Under the pieces are notes generated by a model. That model made no database searches, was not told the origin of the DNA, and worked only from the letters and a program-made list of their open reading frames with translations. A stretch of 5,560 nucleotides of DNA from a virus. Taxonomy: Duplodnaviria; Heunggongvirae; Uroviricota; Caudoviricetes. The position numbers were made by a program, and so were the translations under genes. Location of the stretch: IMG/VR virus record IMGVR_UViG_2703718872_000024; one strand, 5' to 3'. Below are positions 1-5,560 of the stretch, one piece after another (the stretch's first letter is position 1; each line of letters begins with the position of its first letter).

Positions 1-3000
1 GGTACAGGCCCGCCTTGCCCGTGGCAACGCGCCGACGGCGGAGGAGCTTGTACGTTCACAGATGGCTGAAGGTGATGCCGGTCCGACAGCACAGGAGTTA
101 ACTGAGCGTCCGCGTCTGCCCGCCCCCGGCGATATTCATCCCGGACAGGGATATCCGTTACCGGGAGAAGTGGCGCGTACGCCGGATGAAAATCAGGCCG
201 GACGTGGTGGTCGTTTTACCACAACCGGTGAGGTGAAGGGCCAGAGTTTCCAGAAAGGACGTGCGCAGGCACCGGAAAATGCCGCTGGTCGCCAGGGGGA
301 AATTCTGGAGGGCGAACCGGTTCGTCGTGGTCTGCCGTCACCGGATGAGCAGAACGCCACAGCACCAGTGCGTGAAGGACTTCCTGCACCTGAAAGTCAG
401 CGTGGGGTTGATATGCCACAGCCTGAATCACTCCCTCGTATGGTTCGTGACTCCCTTCCGGAACTGGCACAGCAGGCAGAAGCACGCAGACAGACCGGGG
501 ATCGCCAGACCATAACCGATGTTCCGGATACTGAGGTGCCGGTAGATAAACCGAGCACTCACCAGCAGGCGCGTGGTGCGAAAATTGAAGACTTTGGCGA
601 GGAGATTAAGGGCGCGGCAAAACACCGTTATGCGCAGCTTGCTGAAGCTATGGGTAAAACGCTGGAGGATGGGGAGTACGCGACACAACCACTGAGCAAA
701 CTGTTTCCAAAGCCGGATTATGCTCGTCTGGAAAAAGAAGGTGTGGATAGTGACACGCTGGCAATGATGGCGTTGTATCGCAGTGAAATTCCCACCAGAA
801 CAAGCCGTAACATGCAGAAATGGATCAGCATTGTTAAAAGCGGTCGCGAAGCTACTGCCGGTATGCTGGAGGGGAAAATTCCGGCAGCGAAACTGGCTGA
901 TATGATGGACAGTAAGCCGGGGTTACGGAGCATGTCGGATACCTGGAAACTGCTCCGTACGCTTTCTGCATTGCAGATTGATAAAGCATCCGGCTATCGT
1001 GTCAGGTCCGGTGTTTATTCGTTTGTCGGGGGAAAACGTTACGATCCGCCGCAAATGATGTATTCGCTTCGTGATAGCAAGGGGCGCGACCTCTTTTTCT
1101 CGGAAAGCCGGGATGAGTTACTGAAAAAGGCGAAAGCATATTTCGATGAACAAGGCTCCAGAGAAAGGGAAACGCCAGCAACCTCTGCTGATGACAGAAT
1201 AACCTTTGACGTGTACCGGCATAAGGCCAGTGGCGACATTTTTATCGGTTATGGCAAAAACAGGCAGAAACTGAAGGGCGGTTTTGAGTCTGCCCGTGAT
1301 GCACATGATTATGTGCGCACACATCGTGATGAGCTGGTTAATCAGGTGAAGGCGCTGCGTGAAGTCTCGCGTGAGGAGCAGCGTAACGCCACCAACCGCG
1401 ATCGTACCGGACCAGAACGCCGCAAGGGGGATGTTTCGCCGGAGCAGTTCAGTGATGCGTTTGGTTTTCGTGGTGTGCAGTTTGGTAATTATGTGGAAAG
1501 TCCGCGTCGTCAGGCTGATTTGAACCGGGCTTATGACTCGCTGCATGACCTGGCTGACGTGCTGAACGTGCCGACAAAAGCGCTTTCTCTGAACGGTCGT
1601 CTTGGGCTTGCTTTTGGTGCCCGTGGTAAGGGTAAGGCGGCGGCACACTATGAGCCGGGTGAGGTGGCAATCAACCTGACAAAAGGTAACGGACCGGGGG
1701 CGCTGGCCCACGAATGGTTCCATTCACTGGATAATTATTTTGGTCGTTATGATGTTTCCACTGACGGGAAGATCACGTCAGGTGGCGACTATATGACGGA
1801 AGCACAGCGTGCCGGGCGCGTATTTAAAGACGGCAGGTATGTTGATGCGGAATATCCGGTACGTCAGGAGGTTTACGACGCGTTTAAAGGCGTGATGAAA
1901 GCCATTAACAGCAGTGACATGTTGCGTCGTTCTGAACGCCTGGATGGCGTTCGTTCAAAACCGTACTGGTCAACGGATGTTGAAATGGCGGCGCGAGCCT
2001 TTGAGCGTTATGTTCAGGATAAAGCGCGTATGGCTGGCGTGGAGAATGATTATCTGGTCAATATCCGTAAGGCGGATGACCATGGACAGCCGGACACCTA
2101 CGCTTATCCGACGAATGCAGAACTGGATGGCGGTATTCGTGAGGCATTCGATCACTTGTTCCGAACACTGAAAACCCGTGAGACGGACAAGGGAGTTGCG
2201 TTTTATTCCCGTAAGGGCGTGACCCGCACACCTGAAGGCAATCTGATTTCGGATGTTAACCGCAGTGCGGAAGCCAAAGGCAGTCCGGTCTCGCAGGTTG
2301 AAGCTGTTGCCCGTGGCGTGATGAGCGGCATTAAGGACAGTGACCTGAAGGTCCGTGTGGTGAAGTCACAGAAAGAGGCTGAAGCGCTGGCGGGTGAATC
2401 GTTCGACGGTTACGGCAGGGTGCACGCATTCTATCGTCCGGATAAACGAGAAATTGTCCTGGTGGCGGATAACATCCCTGACGGGCGGACCGTACGCGAG
2501 AAGTTGCGTCACGAGATTATCCACCATGCCATGGAGCATGTTGTCACGCCAGCGGAATATCAGACGATTATCAAAACCGTGCTGAAAACCCGCGACAGTG
2601 ATAACGCCACCATCCGTGAAGCATGGCGTAAGGTTGATGCGTCCTATGGTAAGGAATCTCCGGAAGTACAGGCGGGTGAATTTCTGGCACATATGGCGGA
2701 GAAACAGCCGAATAAATTCGTGGCGGCATGGGAGCGTGTTGTTGCTCTGGTCAAAGGGGTACTGCGTCGTACGGGGTTACTGAAGCCGACGGAACTGAAC
2801 GATATCAGACTTGTTCGCGAGACCATCCGTACGTTAGGCCAGCGTGTGCGGGAAGGTTACACGCCGCGTGAGGATGGCGTGGGCGCATCGTCTCAGTACT
2901 CCCGTAGTGGTAAGCCTGATCCGTTCAAAGTGCCGGAAGGTGAGGGTGAACGTTATCGTGATGACCTTGCCAGAATGATGAAGTCGTTACGTTCTGGTGC

Positions 3001-5560
3001 AATGACTGCAAACATTGGGCGTACGCCGCCGGTATTGCGCCACCTTGGCGCACCGGATTTGCCGCTGGTTATCTCCCGCGACACTGTACGGAAGGCAACC
3101 AATGGCGTGAAACATGTGGTGCCAATGGATGTTATCGAGAGACTCCCGGAACTGATGCATGATCCGGATGCAATTTACCGTTCCGCGACAGAAAGAAATG
3201 CAGTTGTGATGCTGCTTGATGCCGTGGATAAAAATGGCGATCCGGTGGTGTCGGCAGTGCACATGAAGGCGACAGGTAAACGTCTGGAAATTAACAAAGT
3301 GGCTTCTGTATATGGTACGGAAAACGGGAAAAAGCTGAAAAGCATGGAAATGGCTGGATTAACGCTTTACCGGAAGGAAAAATTAAGCCGCGATAACCCT
3401 CAGTACAGTGGGCTCCAATTGCCCAAAGAGGAGCGTTCTTATCGCGGCTCTGTAGATAAAATACTCTATCCTGAAGATATTCGCAAGGGGCCGTATTACT
3501 CCCGTACCAGCAGTCTGACACCGGAAGAGACAATTATATCGCGTTTTGTGCGCCAGATGCAGGATAAATTCCGGGTGCTGAAAGCTGTTCAGGAGAATAT
3601 CCGTAAAACTGGCGGAAAAATAGACGATAGTAACAACGCTTATATGGCGGAAGAACTCTTCCACGGGAAGGCGGAAAACGACCTGAACGTGATGAAGGAG
3701 CGCTACGTTCAGCCACTGGCTAAATTACTGGCGGACTACAAAATTGCGCAGGCCGATCTGGATGAGTACCTCTACGCCCGTCACGCGCCGGAACGTAACG
3801 CACATATCGCGAAAATCAACCCGAAAATGCCGGACGGCGGTTCGGGGATGACCAACGCGGAAGCGGCGGAAATCATGCAGCGTGTGCGTAACAGTGGCAA
3901 ACAGGCACAGTATGACCGTCTGGCTGGGATTGTTGACGATATGCTGGCCCGTCGCCGTGAGCTTATCCGTGAGGCCGGACTGGAAGAGAGCGGAGTGGTG
4001 GATGCCTGGCAGAACGCCTACCGTTACTACGTTCCCCTGAAAGGTCAGGATGTTGACGGTATGGTGTCACTGCCCCGTACAGGTAAGGGCTTCACCATCG
4101 GCGGACGTGAAAGCAGGCAGGCCATGGGGCGTGCATCCCGTGCACAGTCTCCGTCCACTCAGGCGATACAGGACCTGAGCGAATCGCTGATCCGCCATCG
4201 CAAAAACGAAGTGGGTAACGCCTTCCTGAAACTGGTGCAGGATAATCCTGACAAGGATTACTGGCAGGTCTTCACTGATGACAGACCTGATACCATGCGT
4301 GCGATTGCAGAGCGTGTTGATCCGGAAACCGGTGAAACCCGTCGCGAAGTTGTCGAACGCCCTGTACCGATGGCAATGATGGCAGACCGGTACTTCACCA
4401 CCAAAAAGAACGGCAAAACGTACTACATCAAACTCCATGATCCGCGCCTGATGCGTGCGATGAAGAGTATGGGACCGGAAACCAGCAATGCCTTTGTTCG
4501 TACGCTGGGGAAAGTTAACCGCTTCCTGGCAACGGTGAACACGTCGTATAACCCGGAATTCCTGGTCAGTAACTTCATCCGTGACGTGCAGACGGCGGTG
4601 ATGAACCTGAAGGCGGAGCAGGGAAGGAGCGACGGTAAACTGAAAGGGCTGGATAACTTATCCGCCCTGGCTGTAGCCAAAGACAGCCGTTCTGCCATGT
4701 CAGCCGTATACGCCAGTCTGCGTGGTAAAACCCTCACGGGAAAAGGTGCACAGTGGCAGAAGGTGTGGAAAGAGTTTGTTGAGGACGGAGGGAAAACCGG
4801 CTGGTTTAACATGGGTGACCTTGAAGGCCAGCAGAAGGAAATGGATCGCCTTGTCTCACTGGCGAAGGGGGGATGGAAAGGCCAGAGTATCGGTGCATGG
4901 AATTCGTTCCTTAACCTTGTCGAGGATGCCAACGGTGCGGTTGAAAACGCTCTGCGTCTTTCTGCCTATAAACATGCCCGTGATGCCGGTTTGTCACGCC
5001 AGCAGGCGGCGTCTCTTGCCAAAAATATGACGGTGAACTTTAACCGTCGTGGTGAGCAGGGGGCGCTGATGAATTCGCTGTACATGTTCGCCAACGCCAG
5101 CATTCAGGGAACGGCAAATCTGGTGAGAACGCTCGGACATCTTAATGGAGAGGGACCTTTACTGGAGCGCCTTCGCTGGAAGAATCTGAATGTTCCGCAG
5201 AAAATCGCGCTTGCCGCTGTGGGAGCGGGTTATCTGCTTGGCTCGCTTAACCGCAGCGTGGCGGGTGAGGATGATGACGGGGTTAACTGGTATGACAAGG
5301 TGCCGTCTCATGTGAAAGAGCGTAACCTCGTCATTATGAAATCGGTGTTCGGGGGCAAGGCCGGAGAGTACTGGAGTATTCCTCTGCCTTACGGGTACAA
5401 CGTTTTCTTCCTGCTTGGTCACACAGCCGAAGGGGTGGCAGCGGGCGACCTGACCGCTTCACGTGCTGCCGGTAATGTTGTTGGTGGTGTGCTTGGGGCA
5501 TTCAGTCCTGTGGGCAGTGAAACGTCGGAAACACTGTCCGGGGCATTGCTGAAAAATGCA
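1..5560 (+). CDS. Internal fragment (5' and 3' truncated by the window) of a giant multidomain protein of more than 1,853 aa; hypothetically a phage/conjugative-element 'polyvalent' protein with zincin-like HExxH modules. Codon phase: first complete codon at nt 2-4, last at nt 5558-5560.
   Basis: Manual translation of frame 2 gives 1,853 consecutive sense codons and no TAA/TAG/TGA. The chance of this in random sequence is about (61/64)^1853, roughly 1e-39. Codon choice is strongly biased toward CTG/CCG/CGT/GCG/AAA/GAA. All other frames and the minus strand are broken into short ORFs. No start or stop codon for this gene lies in the window. Confidence 0.9.
20..560 (+). other. Low-complexity, probably disordered N-terminal region of the encoded protein (Pro/Glu/Gly/Arg/Gln-rich)
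   Basis: The translation reads ...GDAGPTAQELTERPRLPAPGDIHPGQGYPLPGEVARTPDENQAGRGGRFTTTGEVKGQSFQKGRAQAPENAAGRQGEILEGEPVRRGLPSPDEQNATAPVREGLPAPESQRGVDMPQPESLPRMVRDSLPELAQQAEARRQTGDRQTITDVPDTEVPVDKPSTHQQARG... It has few hydrophobic residues and recurring LPxP(D/E) motifs. Confidence 0.55.
317..466 (+). repeat. Degenerate tandem peptide repeat (about 16 aa per unit) within the low-complexity region; repeated at protein level, diverged at DNA level
   Basis: Unit 1 at nt 317-364 encodes PVRRGLPSPDEQNATA. Unit 2 at nt 365-412 encodes PVREGLPAPESQRGVD. A looser third unit at nt 413-466 encodes MPQPESLPRMVRDSLPEL. A related motif YPLPGEVARTPDENQ lies upstream at nt 152-196. The two main units use different codons (for example ccggttcgtcgtggtctgccg versus ccagtgcgtgaaggacttcct). 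Confidence 0.5.
1440..1760 (+). other. Candidate zincin-like metallopeptidase module (HExxH motif HEWFH at nt 1709-1723)
   Basis: The translation reads ...SPEQFSDAFGFRGVQFGNYVESPRRQADLNRAYDSLHDLADVLNVPTKALSLNGRLGLAFGARGKGKAAAHYEPGEVAINLTKGNGPGALAHEWFHSLDNYFGRYD... The H-E-W-F-H codons are cac gaa tgg ttc cat at nt 1709-1723. The Gly-rich FGFRGVQFGNY segment lies at nt 1460-1492. The call rests on the motif only; the fold is not verified. Confidence 0.45.
2402..2560 (+). other. Second candidate HExxH metallopeptidase-like module (HEIIHHAMEH at nt 2510-2539)
   Basis: The translation reads ...FDGYGRVHAFYRPDKREIVLVADNIPDGRTVREKLRHEIIHHAMEHVVTPAEYQTIIKTV... The HExxH residues are encoded at nt 2510-2524, followed by H at 2525-2527 and E-H at 2534-2539 as possible extra ligands. 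The call rests on the motif only. Confidence 0.4.
5201..5560 (+). other. Gly/Ala-rich, partly hydrophobic segment of the encoded protein (possible membrane-interacting or flexible region)
   Basis: KIALAAVGAGYLLGSL is encoded at nt 5201-5248. Further on come ...YWSIPLPYGYNVFFLLGHTAEGVAAGDLTASRAAGNVVGGVLGAFSPVGSETSETLSGALLKNA. The hydrophobic runs are about 15 residues, short for a canonical transmembrane helix. Confidence 0.3.

Noticed and set aside
4070-4084. LPRTG pentapeptide, which matches the LPxTG sortase sorting motif
   Set aside because: The match sits mid-protein with no following hydrophobic segment and charged tail, and the sequence has enterobacterial (Gram-negative) codon usage where sortase anchoring is not expected. 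Most likely a chance match inside a Gly/Arg-rich motif.
4397-4420. Possible Walker A / P-loop at TTKKNGKT (also EDGGKT at about nt 4784-4801)
   Set aside because: Neither fits GxxxxGK[ST]: the Gly at the first position and the spacing are wrong. I therefore make no ATPase or helicase call.
261-5030. Short plus-strand ORFs in the other two frames (261-515, 1914-2171, 2394-2585, 2598-2783, 4722-5030)
   Set aside because: They are out of frame with, and fully embedded in, the continuous frame-2 CDS. Their translations (for example MRRHRKMPLVARGKFWRANRFVVVCRHRMS...) look like frame-shifted reads of a coding region, not independent proteins.
216-5422. All minus-strand ORFs in the track (216-485, 428-688, 718-933, 1039-1239, 1118-1723, 1449-1670, 1970-2155, 2366-2692, 2644-2826, 2987-3262, 3291-3533, 3383-3664, 3534-3716, 4067-4438, 4423-4932, 5159-5422)
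   Set aside because: Each lies entirely antisense to the 1,853-codon open frame. Their translations are low-complexity and Arg/Ser/Cys/His-rich, typical of shadow ORFs, and they overlap one another in different frames. I accept none as a gene.
1-5560. Giant adhesin, Rhs/YD-repeat toxin or tail tape-measure protein as alternative identities
   Set aside because: There are no long tandem Ig-like or YD-type repeats and no signal peptide is visible (the N-terminus is outside the window). The sequence is highly charged with two HExxH motifs and lacks the pervasive heptad/Ala-rich character of tape-measure proteins. These identities are not excluded but are less consistent than the polyvalent-protein hypothesis.
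1-5560. Pseudogene or frameshifted gene
   Set aside because: The frame is continuous for all 1,853 codons with no stop or apparent frame disruption, so nothing indicates decay within the window.
1-5560. tRNA, rRNA, CRISPR array, IS or transposon termini, promoter, RBS or terminator
   Set aside because: The window is entirely intragenic coding sequence. I found no direct-repeat/spacer periodicity, no terminal inverted repeats and no intergenic space. Any internal promoter-like hexamers would be unsupported speculation.

Overview
The whole 5,560-nt window lies inside one very large protein-coding gene on the + strand. Reading frame 2 (codons at nt 2-4, 5-7, ...) runs for 1,853 sense codons with no stop, checked codon by codon from nt 2 to nt 5560, so the gene is cut by the window at both ends and the protein is longer than 1,853 aa. 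The supplied ORF track shows only short ORFs (60-201 aa), mostly antisense, because it cannot report an ORF that has no stop inside the window; those short ORFs are shadows of the real gene. Codon usage looks enterobacterial (CTG, CCG, CGT, GCG, AAA, GAA are prominent). The encoded polypeptide has a Pro/Glu/Gly/Arg-rich low-complexity N-terminal stretch with degenerate peptide repeats, two separate HExxH (zincin-like) motifs (HEWFH at nt 1709-1723, HEIIHHAMEH at nt 2510-2539), a long motif-poor distal part, and a Gly/Ala-rich hydrophobic stretch at the window end. My best hypothesis is an internal segment of a giant multidomain 'polyvalent' protein from a phage or conjugative element, possibly a transferred anti-defence or effector protein; the family assignment is inference, not a database result. 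I cannot support any RNA gene, CRISPR array, mobile-element terminus, promoter or terminator in this window.
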